From an uncultured Gemmatimonadales bacterium (GTDB lineage Bacteria > Gemmatimonadota > Gemmatimonadetes > Gemmatimonadales > Gemmatimonadaceae), in assembly GCA_963707505.1 (NCBI GenBank), contig CAVPQB010000003.1:480001-544000 (forward strand): a DNA stretch of 64,000 bases. Reading direction: 5' to 3'. The translations under genes and the position numbers were made by a program. The notes beneath the pieces were generated by a model that did no database searches, was not told where the DNA came from, and saw only the letters and a list, made by a program, of their open reading frames with translations. Shown here piece after piece: positions 1 through 11,186 of this stretch (the first letter of the stretch is position 1; every line of letters starts with the position of its first letter).

Positions 1-1053
1 TTGTCGGTAGAGGAATAATAGCGCTCTCGGCGGCGCTCGAGCTGGCCGACCGCGGGCTGGCTGTCCGCCTGGTTGGAACCACGCATTCCGGAAATGCCTC
101 GGCAGCCGCTGGTGGCATGTTGGCGCCGTCGATCGATAGTGAAACGGGGTCGGCGCATGATTTCGCAATCGCGTCGCGGGATTACTATCCCGGCTACGCA
201 GCTGCCCTGGCCGAGCGGACCGGCCGTCAGATCCCGACGAACGATGCGGGGACTATAGAAGTAGCGTTCGACGAGTTGGAGGCGCGGGCTCTCCATGATT
301 CGAACGATCGTTCGGCACGATGGGTCACGCCGGAAGAGCTGACATCGGCGGAGCCAGCCCTCGCTCCCTGCCTGGGCGGCCTACTCCATCCGGCGGACGG
401 CGCCGTGGAGCCGTTGGCGCTGCTCGACGCACTCGGCATCGCGATCGCAGCGCACGAAGGGATCACGACCGTGCGTGAGGATTGCCGAGAGCTGCATGCG
501 TCCGAGCTTGGCTGCAGCGTGCTTACCGACATGGAGAGCCGGTTCTCTTCCGATTACGTGGTCCTTGCAGCCGGCGCGTGGACGCCGCTGATCGCTGGAT
601 CTGGCGATTGCGTTGCAGCGGTTCAGCCCGTACGGGGACAGATGCTGGCTTTCGAGAGCCAACGCGGTTCGCCATGTGATCTGCGGTGCCGGCGGATATC
701 TGATTCCACGGAGCGGAGGGATTACCGTCGCGGGCGGCACCATGGAGCACGCTGGTTTCGAGGTCGAAACGACTGCAGACGGAATCGAATCGATCCGCTC
801 GCGCGCGGTGGCGCTCTGCCCTGCGCTTGCCCGAGTGCCGATTCATTCCAGTTGGGCGGGGCTTCGCCCGATCACCCCGGACTTGTTGCCGATCATCGGC
901 GCAGACCCCGAGAGGCCGCGCGTGATCTACGCATGCGGTCATTCGCGCAACGGAATCCTGCTCGCACCACTCACCGCGCAGGTCGTCGCCGATCTGGTGA
1001 CGGGCGTGGAACAACACTACGACCTGAGTCGATTTCGGCCCGGGCGGCATTAG
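1..1053 (+). CDS. thiO: Glycine oxidase ThiO / DAO-family FAD-dependent oxidoreductase (5' end outside window; one frameshift near 660)
   Basis: Frame 3 from window start reads VGRGIIALSAALELADRG...ASAAAGGMLAP. Later PVRGQML, then in the second frame WAGLRP and GHSRNGILLAP, all ThiO-type motifs. Stop TAG at 1051-1053. Confidence 0.8.
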
Positions 1054-1070
1054 GCTAGATTTGACACTCT

Positions 1071-1982
1071 ATGGCTGAGCTGCTGTACCAGATCATGGGG
1101 CGCCATCGGGCTGAACCCCTTCCTGAGCGAAAGCCGTCCTGGCTCAAGGTCAGGGCGCCCGGCGGTCCCAACTATCTGCGTCTGACGCAGATGATGCGTG
1201 AGCTGAACCTGCACACGGTGTGCGAGGAGGCTCACTGCCCCAATATCGGTGAATGCTGGGAGCATGGCACCGCGACCTTCATGATCCTGGGCGACGTCTG
1301 TACCCGCAATTGCGCGTACTGCGCCGTCGCTCACGGTCGTCCCCCGTCCTACGACATCGCGGAGCCGGAGCGCGTGGGCGAGGCGGTAGCCGAGCTCGGA
1401 CTGCGGCACGCGGTGATCACTTCGGTGGACCGCGATGACCTGCCGGACTTTGGCGCCTACATTTTTGCCGAAACCATTCGGCAGATCAAGCAGCGCCTCC
1501 CGGACTGTTCTGTGGAGGTGCTGGTACCCGACTTTCAGGGCAACCGGGACAGCATTGCGACGGTGCTTGCGGCCAACCCGGACATCTACAACCACAACAC
1601 CGAGACGGTGCCGCGGTTGTACAAGAAGTGCCGTCCCGGCGGCCGTTATCCGCGCGTCATGGAGATTTTCCGCACCGCCAAGGAGCTGGCGCCGGACATT
1701 CCCACCAAGACGGGGCTGATTCTCGGAATGGGCGAGACGCTGGAGGAAGTGGAGCTGGTCATGCGCGATCTGCGAGAGGCGGACGTGGACATTCTCACGC
1801 TGGGCCAGTACCTGCGTCCGTCCGACAGCCACATTCCGCTCGATCGTTACGTCACACCGGCTGAGTTCCGACAGTTGTACGAAATCGGCATGTCGATGGG
1901 CTTCAGACATGTCGAGTCAGGCCCCCTTGTGCGCAGCAGCTACCACGCCTGGGAACAGGTTCAGGCGGCTGGAGTCAACTGA
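1071..1982 (+). CDS. lipA: Lipoyl synthase
   Basis: Auxiliary cluster motif CEEAHCPNIGEC, radical SAM motif CTRNCAYC, C-terminal VRSSYHA. Confidence 0.97.
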   Translation: MAELLYQIMGRHRAEPLPERKPSWLKVRAPGGPNYLRLTQMMRELNLHTVCEEAHCPNIGECWEHGTATFMILGDVCTRNCAYCAVAHGRPPSYDIAEPERVGEAVAELGLRHAVITSVDRDDLPDFGAYIFAETIRQIKQRLPDCSVEVLVPDFQGNRDSIATVLAANPDIYNHNTETVPRLYKKCRPGGRYPRVMEIFRTAKELAPDIPTKTGLILGMGETLEEVELVMRDLREADVDILTLGQYLRPSDSHIPLDRYVTPAEFRQLYEIGMSMGFRHVESGPLVRSSYHAWEQVQAAGVN

Positions 1983-1992
1983 GCTGCGACCA

Positions 1993-2046
1993 CACCCGTT
2001 TGACGCTTCACATCCGCTTCGCGCTTCACACCCGCCCCGCGCATCA
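1993..2046. repeat. Three degenerate 18-bp tandem repeats (CAYCCG...CGCWTCA)
   Basis: CACCCGTTTGACGCTTCA / CATCCGCTTCGCGCTTCA / CACCCGCCCCGCGCATCA, between lipA and pdhA. Confidence 0.7.
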
Positions 2047-2140
2047 AATGCACGAACACGCGCGGCACGACAACTGAGGAGCTCCGCGATCCAGTACACC
2101 GCGATCACAGCTTCCAGTACCACCTGCACGTATACATGTC

Positions 2141-3192
2141 ATGGCTAAGAAAAACACATCTTCTCCGGCAGCCGCGAACGCTCGCGAGGTAGCCGTCGGC
2201 TATCTGCACTCGATGGTCATGCAGCGCCGCTTCGAGGAAAAATGCGCGGAAGCCTACGCGATCGGAAAGATCGGCGGCTTCTGTCACCTATATATCGGGC
2301 AGGAAGCGGTTTCTACTGGCACGATGGCGGCGCTTCGACCAGATGACTACGTGATCACGGCATACCGCGATCACGGACTTGCGCTGGCTCGCGGAATGTC
2401 GCCTGAGGAGGTCATGGCTGAGCTGTTCGGTCGTGCGGCAGGCTGCTCCGGCGGCAAGGGCGGTTCGATGCACCTCTTCGACAAGAAGCTGAATTTTCTT
2501 GGCGGGCATGGAATCGTGGGCGGCCACATTCCGATCGCTGCTGGCGTATCGTTCGCGATCTCGTATCGCGGCGGCGATCAGGTTTGCGTCTGCTTCTTTG
2601 GTGAGGCGGCGGTCAACATCGGCGCTTTTCACGAGGCATTGAACATGGCGTCGCTGTGGAATCTGCCGGTCGTGTTCATCATCGAGAACAATCGCTACGG
2701 AATGGGAACGGCGATCAGCCGCTCAACTGCACAGCAGGATGTAGCGAAGCGCGCCGAAGTCATACGCGATGATCGGAACGTCGGTCGACGGTCAGGACGT
2801 CTTCGCGGTGCGCAAGGAGATGGACACGGCGATCGAGCGTGCGCGCAAGGAGCAGCGCCCGACGCTGGTCGAGGTCCGCACCACGCGCTTCATGGGCCAT
2901 TCGATGTCTGACGCCGCGAGCGGAACCTACCGCTCCAAGGAAGAGCTGGACCAGAGCATGCAGCGCGATCCGATCGTGTTGCTCAAGACGAAGATGCTGA
3001 GTGACGGAATGATCACGGAAGACGACTACAAGAAGATGGATGACGAGGCCAAGGCGGCGGCACAGGCGGCCTGGGATTTCGCCGATGCAGTCTCCGGAGC
3101 CGTCTCCGGAAGAGCTGTTCACTCATGTGCTGAGCGACGAATCGACAGTTGGTGCTGCAAACGACGCCGAGCTCGCGGAGGTCGGACGATGA
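2141..3192 (+). CDS. pdhA: Pyruvate dehydrogenase E1 alpha (frameshifts near 2760 and 3090)
   Basis: GFCHLYIGQEA, YRDHG, GKGGSMH, TPP-binding FGEAA...ENNRY, RFMGHSMSD. The corrected C-terminus SPEPSPEELFTHV...GR* ends in an ATGA overlap with pdhB. Confidence 0.93.
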
Positions 3193-4177
3193 CCGTCATG
3201 ACATATCGCGACGCGCTCAACCAGGCGTTGCGCGAAGAGTTGAACCGCGACGAGTCGGTGTTCCTGATGGGCGAGGAGGTCGCCGAATACAATGGCGCGT
3301 ACAAGGTCTCGCGCGGCCTGCTGGATGAATTCGGTCCCAAGCGGATCGTCGACACGCCCATTACCGAGCTCGGATTCGCCGGCGTAGGCGTCGGTGCAGC
3401 GATGGCAGGTCTCAGACCGATCATCGAGTTCATGACGTGGAACTTTGCGCTTCTTGCGCTGGACCAGGTAGTGAACGCAGCCGCCAAGATGCTGTACATG
3501 TCGAACGGACAGTACAAGATGCCGATGGTCTTCCGCGGACCGAATGGCGCAGCACTGCAGTTGGCGGCGCAGCACTCGCAGGCGTGGGAGAGCTGGCTGG
3601 CACATATCCCGGGTCTCAAGGTCGTAGCACCTGGAACGCCAGCCGACGCGAAGGGATTGCTCAAGGCTGCGATCCGCGACGACAATCCCGTCGTCGTCCT
3701 CGAGGGCGAGATGCTCTACAACACCAAGGGCGAGGTCGATGAGAATCCGGACATCGTCATTCCACTCGGCAAGGCGGAGCTCAAGCGTGAAGGCGAGCAC
3801 TGCTCGATCATCACGTCGGGAAAGATGGTGCTCGTCGCACTGCAGGCTGCGGATCAGCTCGCGAAGCAGGGCGTGAACGTGGACGTACTGGATCTGCGCA
3901 CCATACGACCGATGGATGTCGAGGCGATCGCAACCTCGGTCGACAGAAGACGAATCGCGCGGTAGTCGTCGAGGAAGGTTGGGAACTCTGTGGCATCGGC
4001 GCGCAGGTTGTGGACTACATCCAGCGCGAATGTTTCGACGACCTCGACGCACCGGTGGTCCGCGTGCATCAGGCGGACGTACCGATGCCGTACGCCAAGA
4101 ATCTGGAAAAGCTCGCGAAGCCTGATGCTGCAAAGACCATCGCGGCGGTGAAGCGCGTCATGTACCTGGAGGACTGA
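3189..4177 (+). CDS. pdhB: Pyruvate dehydrogenase E1 beta (frameshift near 3945)
   Basis: MTYRDALNQALREE, GEEVAEYNGAYKVS, DTPITE, AAQHSQ. C-terminal DVPMPYAKNLE lies in the shifted frame. Confidence 0.93.
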
Positions 4178-4182
4178 CGATC

Positions 4183-5538
4183 ATGGCGACAAAAGTTCTG
4201 ATGGAAGCGCTGTCACCCACGATGGAAGAAGGACGCCTCGTGAAGTGGCTGAAGAACGAAGGCGACCAGATAAAGAGCGGCGACGTTCTCGCGGAAGTCG
4301 AGACGGACAAGGCGGTGATGGAGCTGGTTGCACGTGGTGAGGGTGTGCTACGAAAGCGACTTTCCAGCGAGGGTGACTCTTCCGCCGTCGGAACGCTGCT
4401 CGGCGTAATCGCGGCGCCGGACGAAGACATCTCCGCGTTGGTCAAGAGCGCTGGACCGACACCGGTTCCATCCGACAACACGCAGCAGCCGCTGGGCAAG
4501 CCAGCGGATGCGGGCGACGTGATCGCGAAGGCCAAGGAGTTCGAGGGAGTCACGTCGATTCCGACGGCTCGCGCGTCAATCGCAGGGCGAGGCTTCGACG
4601 CCTCCGCAGGAACAGGAACGCCGCGGACATCAGCGCATCGACACCACCGCGCACCATGCGGAGGGTAACGGCGCCGCTACGACGTCGGGCAGACCGCGCT
4701 CATCGCCACTCGCACGTCGTCTCGCGGCGGAGCGTGGTGTGGATCTCAACGCGCTGCGCGGATCAGGCCCCGGCGGCCGCATCGTCAAGCGCGACATCGA
4801 GCAGGCTCCCGCTACCGCTGCGGTTGCGACCAGCCCCACGTACTGCGCGCGTTGGCGACTATCAGGACATTCCGCTCACGCAGATGCGGAAGACGATCGC
4901 CAAGCGTCTTGGCGAATCGATTGGGCCCATTCCGACGTTCTATCTCACCGCCGAGTTCGATCTCACTCGCGTGGCTGAGCTGCGCGAGGCGATGATCGCA
5001 GAGGGCGCCGAGTACAAGGTGTCGTTCAACGACATCGTCATAAAGGCGACTGCGACGGCACTCGCGCAACATCCGGAAGTGAATGCGCACTGGACTGGCG
5101 ACGCGATCCGGCAGTTCCATCGTGTACACATCGGTATGGCTGTCGCCGTCGAGGACGGTCTGATCACGCCAGTCATCTTCGATGCAGATGAGAAGGGACT
5201 TGCGGACATCGCGGCCGAGGCACGAGAGCTGGCTGGACGTGCGCGCGCGGCGGAGACTCAAGCCCGAGGAATACACGGGCTCGACGTTCTCGGTCTCGAA
5301 TCTCGGAATGTTCGGGATCGATCAGTTCACGGCGATAATCAATCCACCGGAAGCAGGCATACTCGCGATCGGCGCGGTTGAAGAGAAGCCGGTCGTGGTC
5401 GATGGCGACCTGGTGATTCGGAAGCGGCTGCGCGTAACGATGAGCTGCGACCACCGCGTGATCGACGGAGCGACGGGCGCGAGGTTCCTCCAGACGTTGC
5501 GTCGGTTGATCGAGAACCCGTTGATGCTGGTGTTCTGA
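4183..5538 (+). CDS. pdhC: Dihydrolipoamide acetyltransferase E2, single lipoyl domain (several frameshifts)
   Basis: Lipoyl motif EVETDKA, E3-binding [19 protein letters not shown] and catalytic DHRVIDG. Confidence 0.93.
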
Positions 5539-5545
5539 TGAGTAT

Positions 5546-5608
5546 CGTCATCCCCGTGAAAGCGGGGATCCAGGTTCAGTCGTCATTCCCGCTTTCGCGG
5601 GAATGACG
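5546..5608. repeat. CGTC-type REP doublet
   Basis: CGTCATCCCCGTGAAAGCGGGGATCCA followed by the hairpin CGTCATTCCCGC-TTTC-GCGGGAATGACG. Confidence 0.85.
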
Positions 5609-5679
5609 AGGTGGGACGCTTGAATGACGACAGGCGCAGATGTATTCGCGCCCTACATGACCTTTTCTGAAAATATGCC

Positions 5680-7088
5680 ATGGCTTCATATGATGTGATC
5701 TTCATCGGTGGCGGACCGGCCGGATACGTCGGCGCAATCCGCGCCGCGCAGCTCGGTCTCTCCGTTGCAGTCGTCGAGCGCGAAGGGCTCGGCGGCACCT
5801 GCGTCTTGTGGGGCTGCATTCCCGCCAAGGCACTGCTGGAATCCGCGTCGATCGCCGAGAAGGTGAAGAAGGGCGCGGAATTCGGGGTCAGCGCGGGTGA
5901 GGTGAAGCTCGATTACGGCGTTGCGATGAAGCGCTCGCGCGGAGTGAGCAACCAGAACTCGAAGGGCGTGGAGTTCCTGTTCAAGAAGAACAAGATCACC
6001 TGGATCAAGGGCAACGGACGCATCACCGCGAAGAACACCGTTACGGTGAAATCGGCGGATGGCAAGGAAGAAAAGCACGACGCAAAAAAGGCAATCTGTG
6101 TCTGCACTGGCTCACGAGTGAAGGGCCTGCCGCAAGCTGGGCTCGAGCTGAACAAGACGAGCGTGATTTCGTCCGATGAAGCGCTCACCCTCGAGAAGGC
6201 GCCGAAGACGATGGCGATCATCGGCGCCGGCGCCGTCGGCTGCGAGTTCGCAGACGTGTTCGCGGCGTTCGGAACGCAGGTCACGATCGTAGAAGTCGCG
6301 AAGCAGCTTCTGCCGATCGAGGATGACGACGTGGGCGTCGAGCTCGCCAAGGCGTTCAAGAAGCGCGGAATCACGATGCTCACGAGTGCAAAGATCGGCG
6401 ACGTGAAGGTCGGCAAGAACTTCCGTCAAGTTCAGCGTCGATATCGCCGGAAAGAAACAGGACGTCGAAGTCGAGAAGGTTCTGGTCGCTGCCGGCCGCG
6501 CACCGAACATCGAGGACATCGGTATCAAGGAACTCGGCGTTGCGATGACAGATCGCGGCTTCATCAAGATCAACGAGCGGATGGAAACGTCGGTCAAGGG
6601 AATCTTCGCAATCGGCGACGTCGCCGGTCCACCGATGCTTGCGCACAAGGGCGAGCGCGAAGGGATTGTATTCGCAGAGTATCTCGCGGGACAGCCACAC
6701 GTGCACAACGTGAACTACGGCAACATCCCCAACGCAACATACTGCCATCCCGAAGTCGCGTCGATCGGCATGACAGAGCGTGAGTTGAAGGAAAAGAAGG
6801 TACCGTACAAGATTGGACGATTCCCCTTCTCCGCCAACGGCCGCGCGCGCACGTCAGGCGAGACGGACGGCTTCGTCAAGATCATTTCCGATCCCAAGTA
6901 CGGCGAGATACTCGGCGCGCACATCATCGGTGCGCACGCAACCGAGATCATTCACGAGCTGGCAGTGGCCCGCGAGAACGAGTTCACAGTCGAGGAAGTG
7001 GAGCTGGCGATTCACGCGCATCCGACACTGTCGGAAGCGATAGCGGAAGCGACGCTCGACACGCTCGGGAAGAATGATCAATTTCTAA
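5680..7088 (+). CDS. lpdA: Dihydrolipoamide dehydrogenase E3 (frameshifts near 6420 and 7073)
   Basis: GGGPAGY, redox motif GGTCVLWGCIP, GAGAVG, IGDV, HPTLSE. The likely true end is GKMINF* (TAA 7086-7088). Confidence 0.94.
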
Positions 7089-7090
7089 TC

Positions 7091-7762
7091 ATGGCTGACA
7101 GGGAGTTGCTGGTGCTGAACCTCGGCGAACGGTCGTACGCCGAGGTTCTTGCGTTTCAGCGAGACGCGGCCGCGCGGAGGATAACGGGAGAGATCGATCA
7201 GGATCTGTTGATACTGGTTGAGCATCCTCCCGTAGTGACGCTCGGCCGCAAGAAGGCAGACAACAAGCTGCCGGTCACGGAGGATTTTCTACGGTCGCGC
7301 GGAATCGAGCTGTTCGAAGTCGAGCGTGGCGGCGGCGTGACGTTTCATGGGCCGGGTCAACTGGTTGGTTATCCGATCTTCGATCTCCAGCGCCACAAGC
7401 TCGATCTTCACTGGTACCTGCGTCAGGTCGAGGAAGGACTGATCCGTACGCTCGGCGCATATGGCATTCCAGGCGAGCGCAGCATCGGATTCACCGGCGT
7501 GTGGACCGACGGGAAGAAGATCGCGTCTATCGGCGTGCATGCGCGGACATGGGTGACGTGGCACGGCTTCGCGTTGAACGTCACGACCGATCTGTCGTAC
7601 TTCAATCTGATGACACCGTGCGGGATCGATGGCGTGGTGATGACGTCGATGAGCCGCGAGCAGCCGGGGAGGCCAATGACACTGGAAGCCGTCGCAGAGG
7701 AAGCCGCGCGGCAGTTTGGGGAGTTGTTCGAATTGACGCCGAGGGTTGTGGAAACGGTGTGA
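7091..7762 (+). CDS. lipB: Octanoyltransferase
   Basis: EHPPVVTLG, RGGGVTFHGPGQLVGY, KIASIG, HGFALN, PCG. Confidence 0.95.
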   Translation: MADRELLVLNLGERSYAEVLAFQRDAAARRITGEIDQDLLILVEHPPVVTLGRKKADNKLPVTEDFLRSRGIELFEVERGGGVTFHGPGQLVGYPIFDLQRHKLDLHWYLRQVEEGLIRTLGAYGIPGERSIGFTGVWTDGKKIASIGVHARTWVTWHGFALNVTTDLSYFNLMTPCGIDGVVMTSMSREQPGRPMTLEAVAEEAARQFGELFELTPRVVETV

Positions 7763-7802
7763 TGGCGGCGACGTCATCGGCGCGCGTCGTCCCGTTGAAC
7801 GT

Positions 7803-8006
7803 CGTCATCCCCGCGAAAGCGGGGAACCATGGTGGAGGACATGATGACGTTGTCCAAGTTCGCAGGTGTCGTCGAGATAGGACAATGACCGTAGATCGGC
7901 CGTTCATCCACAGACGGCGACTCCTGCAAACGTGGATGCTATACCGGCTACCTCGTCCATTGGCCCCCGCTTTCGCGGGGGTGACGGTTTGTCGCGGGGG
8001 TGACGG
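7803..8006. repeat. REPIN-like element: inverted CGTC REPs flanking a structured ~130 bp spacer
   Basis: CGTCATCCCCGCGAAAGCGGGGAACCA (7803-7829), TGGCCCCCGCTTTCGCGGGGGTGACG (7961-7986), and a partial extra copy at 7992-8006. Confidence 0.85.
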
Positions 8007-8015
8007 ACCTTCGGG

Positions 8016-8021
8016 TATATT
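8016..8021 (+). promoter_or_regulatory. Putative -10 element (TATATT) of a leaderless helicase transcript
   Basis: TATATT-6 nt-ATG(8028); no Shine-Dalgarno sequence. Confidence 0.55.
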
Positions 8022-8027
8022 TCGGGT

Positions 8028-10121
8028 ATGACGGACGACGGCCGCACTGTGATTCCGCTCCGCGAGCGCGTCGTTTCGCCGGCCGCCATCGGTCGCGACT
8101 TCTCGGCGGAGCTGAACCCTGACCAGCTCGCGGCGGCGACGCATGCGGATGGTCCGCTACTGATCGTCGCTGGCGCTGGCAGCGGCAAGACTCGCACCCT
8201 TGTGTATCGCGTGGCGCATCTCGTGGATCGCGGTGTCCGACCCGAGCGGATTCTCCTGCTGACGTTCACCAGACGCGCCGCTCACGAAATGCTGTCGCGC
8301 GCAGAGCGGCTCATCGGGAGCGCCAGCCGGAACGTGCATGGCGGGACGTTCCACGCGACCGCGCATCGCCTGCTGCGACGCTTCGGGCCCGCTGCCGGAC
8401 TGCCGAGGGACTTCAGCATCATGGATCAGGGCGACTCGGCCGATCTGATGCAGATCTCTCGCGCGGCGCTCGGCCTCGGCGCCGGCGCGAAGCGGTTTCC
8501 GAAGAAAGAGACACTGCACCACGTGTACTCGCGCCATGTGAATACCGGCGTTGCGATGGAAGACATCGTGCGCGACGAATATCCGCGCTTCATCGAGTAC
8601 ATCCCCGATTTCACGAGACTGTACGCCGATTACACCCTGCGCAAACAGGAACGAAATCTCGTCGACTACGACGATCTTCTGCTGCTGTGGGCGATGTTGC
8701 TGGAGGCGAGTCCCGAGATCGCGAGCGACATTGCCGGACTTTATGATCACATCCTGGTGGACGAGTACCAGGATACCAACGCACTTCAGGCGCGGATACT
8801 CCGCGGGATGGCGCGCGCGCATTCGAACGTCACGGTGGTCGGCGACGACGCGCAGAGCATCTACTCCTTTCGCGGCGCCACGATACGCAACATCCTGGAC
8901 TTCCCTGCCCAGTTTCCTGGAACGCGCGTCGTGACGCTGGATCGCAATTACAGATCGACACCACAGATCCTCGGCACCAGCAACACTCTCATTGCACATG
9001 CCGGTGAGCGATTCGCGAAGACTCTCTGGACGGATCGCGCGGCCGCCGAGCGGCCGTTGCTCGTGACAGCGCGCGACGAGCCGCAACAGACCCGGTACGT
9101 GGTCGACCGGCTTCTCGAGCTGCACGAGGAAGGCATCGCGCTTCGCAACATTGCCGTGCTGTTTCGCGCCGGATACATGTCCGCGGATCTCGAGATCGAG
9201 CTGGCCAACAGGAAGATCCCTTTCGAAAAGTGGGGCGGCATCAAGTTCCTGGAAGCCGCGCACGTGAAGGACGTGCTGGCCTTCCTGCGCGTACTGGAGA
9301 ACCCGCGCGACGAGGTGAGCTGGTATCGGCTGCTATTGCTGCTTCCGGGGATCGGCGAGGCGACCGCGCGCGCCGCAATGGAGGCGCTGGCCGCGGCTGC
9401 GTGGGATTCAGCCGCATTCGGTGGTTTCGTGCCGCCTCCGCGTGCGCGCGCGGCGCATGCGTCACTTGTTTCGTTGCTCGGGACGTTGCGATCAGCGCCC
9501 GAGGCGGACGAAGCTCGCGTCGCGCGCGAGATCGGGCATGTACGTACGATGTACGACGCGATAGTGCGCGACAGATATGACCGTCCGGAGCCGCGCCTTG
9601 CGGATCTGGATCAGCTGCAGACTATTGCAGCTGGTTTTCCCGATCGCACGACGTTTCTCTCGGCGCTGGCACTGGAGCCGCCGAGTGCGACGCAGGATTT
9701 CGCCGGCGTCGCAGCCGACAGCGAGGACGATGCGCTGGTGTTGAGCACCGTCCACTCGGCGAAAGGCAAGGAGTGGGCTGCTGTGTTCGTGATATCCGCA
9801 GTCGATGGGCTGTTCCCGTCGACACGATCGCTCGGCAGCGACGAGGACACCGAGGAGGAGCGGCGGCTGATGTATGTCGCGATGACGCGGGCAAGAGATC
9901 ATTTGAGTGTTGTGCATCCGCTCAACTCGTATGGCAGCCAGCGCGGAGCGGATTACTCGCTGACGCAGCTGTCACGGTTCGTGGATCCGGAGGTTCGCGC
10001 AACGATGCATCACGTGGCGCTGGGGTCGGATGACAGGGTGGCGGAGCCCGTATCGGTGGAGCAGCGAGGGCCCGTGGTGGATCTGAGAGCGTTGTTGCGG
10101 GGGCGATTTGGCGCTACGTAG
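8028..10121 (+). CDS. ATP-dependent DNA helicase, UvrD/PcrA/Rep family
   Basis: AGAGSGKT, LLTFT, GTFH, VDEYQD, GDDAQSIYSFRGA, NYRS, STVHSAKGKE, EERRLMYVAMTRA. Confidence 0.95.
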   Translation: MTDDGRTVIPLRERVVSPAAIGRDFSAELNPDQLAAATHADGPLLIVAGAGSGKTRTLVYRVAHLVDRGVRPERILLLTFTRRAAHEMLSRAERLIGSASRNVHGGTFHATAHRLLRRFGPAAGLPRDFSIMDQGDSADLMQISRAALGLGAGAKRFPKKETLHHVYSRHVNTGVAMEDIVRDEYPRFIEYIPDFTRLYADYTLRKQERNLVDYDDLLLLWAMLLEASPEIASDIAGLYDHILVDEYQDTNALQARILRGMARAHSNVTVVGDDAQSIYSFRGATIRNILDFPAQFPGTRVVTLDRNYRSTPQILGTSNTLIAHAGERFAKTLWTDRAAAERPLLVTARDEPQQTRYVVDRLLELHEEGIALRNIAVLFRAGYMSADLEIELANRKIPFEKWGGIKFLEAAHVKDVLAFLRVLENPRDEVSWYRLLLLLPGIGEATARAAMEALAAAAWDSAAFGGFVPPPRARAAHASLVSLLGTLRSAPEADEARVAREIGHVRTMYDAIVRDRYDRPEPRLADLDQLQTIAAGFPDRTTFLSALALEPPSATQDFAGVAADSEDDALVLSTVHSAKGKEWAAVFVISAVDGLFPSTRSLGSDEDTEEERRLMYVAMTRARDHLSVVHPLNSYGSQRGADYSLTQLSRFVDPEVRATMHHVALGSDDRVAEPVSVEQRGPVVDLRALLRGRFGAT

Positions 10122-10163
10122 GCGGCTGACGGGAGATTGCTTCCCATGCGTGGAGCTTACTAC

Positions 10164-10197
10164 AAACCCCCGTTGCTCGATCGAGCAACGGGGGTTT
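10164..10197. terminator. Bidirectional intrinsic terminator (perfect 34-bp palindrome)
   Basis: AAACCCCCGTTGCTCGA|TCGAGCAACGGGGGTTT, between convergent genes. Confidence 0.85.
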
Positions 10198-10222
10198 TCT
10201 GAATGCGCGCGTTAGAGAGTTC

Positions 10223-11155
10223 TCACTGACCGAGAATCTTGTCGTTCGGATTTTTGTCGACCAGGGGCACAACTGCGCCAGTTGTGCTGGCCTTCACGAC
10301 TGTCTTGACACCGGCCGCTGCGCACTTCGGATCTGAGCCGGAGCTGGTAAGTGTGTATGAAACGATTGGTGGCGTCAGCACCGCTGTGATGGCGGATCCT
10401 GCTTGCTGGGAACCACCAATCGGATCCAGCGGCGGCACCGACGATGATCCTGCGAACGCTGCGGCGCCTACCGGGAGCAGTCCATCGGCGAGGACAGGCG
10501 TGGTCGTACCGGCCGTTGTAGCAGCTACCCTGTACGACGCTGAGTCGTGCGCTGCAGCCGTTGGCACCGACTGGTAGGCTGACGTCGCTCCGAACGCGAC
10601 GTTCGCAAATGTTGCTGCGCCGCTGACCGAGCCACCAGTGGCGATACCTGGTGAGGTGAAGACATCCGCCTTACCCACGGTACCAAGCGCATTCATCACA
10701 CGCAAAGAGAACGTACCTGCAGCTGCAGACGGAAACACGTCGTCGCTGATAATGAGTTGCTGATGCGGCGTTGCGCCAGACTTCATGTACCCGGCGTGGA
10801 CAACGGTGTAGTAGTGATTTGCCGCAAACGTAAAGGTGGTATCCAGTAGCACCTGACTCACGACAGCATCGCTATTGCAGGCTGCGGTGGTCGATGCCGG
10901 AAACACGCGAATGCGGTGTTGGCCGGGCGGAAGCGCTCTGTACGCGCCGCTGGTGCCGCGGTACTTGACACTCGCTTCATTCGCGTTCGTAACGATGTCA
11001 ACGATACGATAGTCCATGTCCATAGTGTCTGGAACAGCGTTCACCCACCGGATCGCTGCGTGTGGATCCGGTGTCACGACCGTTGCGACACTATCGCCGG
11101 AGCACCCCGCGAACAGCGCCAATGCCGTTACGGGGAGCAGACGGTAAACTTTCAT
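10223..11155 (-). CDS. DUF4397-like beta-sandwich lipoprotein
   Basis: Lipobox LFAGC; two repeats starting AAIRWVNAVPD and SLRVMNAL; last gene of SusCD locus 1. Confidence 0.7.
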   Translation of the reverse strand: MKVYRLLPVTALALFAGCSGDSVATVVTPDPHAAIRWVNAVPDTMDMDYRIVDIVTNANEASVKYRGTSGAYRALPPGQHRIRVFPASTTAACNSDAVVSQVLLDTTFTFAANHYYTVVHAGYMKSGATPHQQLIISDDVFPSAAAGTFSLRVMNALGTVGKADVFTSPGIATGGSVSGAATFANVAFGATSAYQSVPTAAAHDSASYRVAATTAGTTTPVLADGLLPVGAAAFAGSSSVPPLDPIGGSQQAGSAITAVLTPPIVSYTLTSSGSDPKCAAAGVKTVVKASTTGAVVPLVDKNPNDKILGQ

Positions 11156-11186
11156 TGATGTTTCCTCTCCAAGGGTGAGCAGGATG

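Noticed and set aside
2769..3965. Apparent pdhA-pdhB fusion ORF
   Set aside because: Created by an indel near 3090; the corrected pdhA stops at 3192 with an ATGA overlap.
6545..7762. Apparent lpdA-lipB fusion ORF
   Set aside because: One extra A near 7073 explains it; removing it gives GKMINF* and a separate lipB start at 7091.
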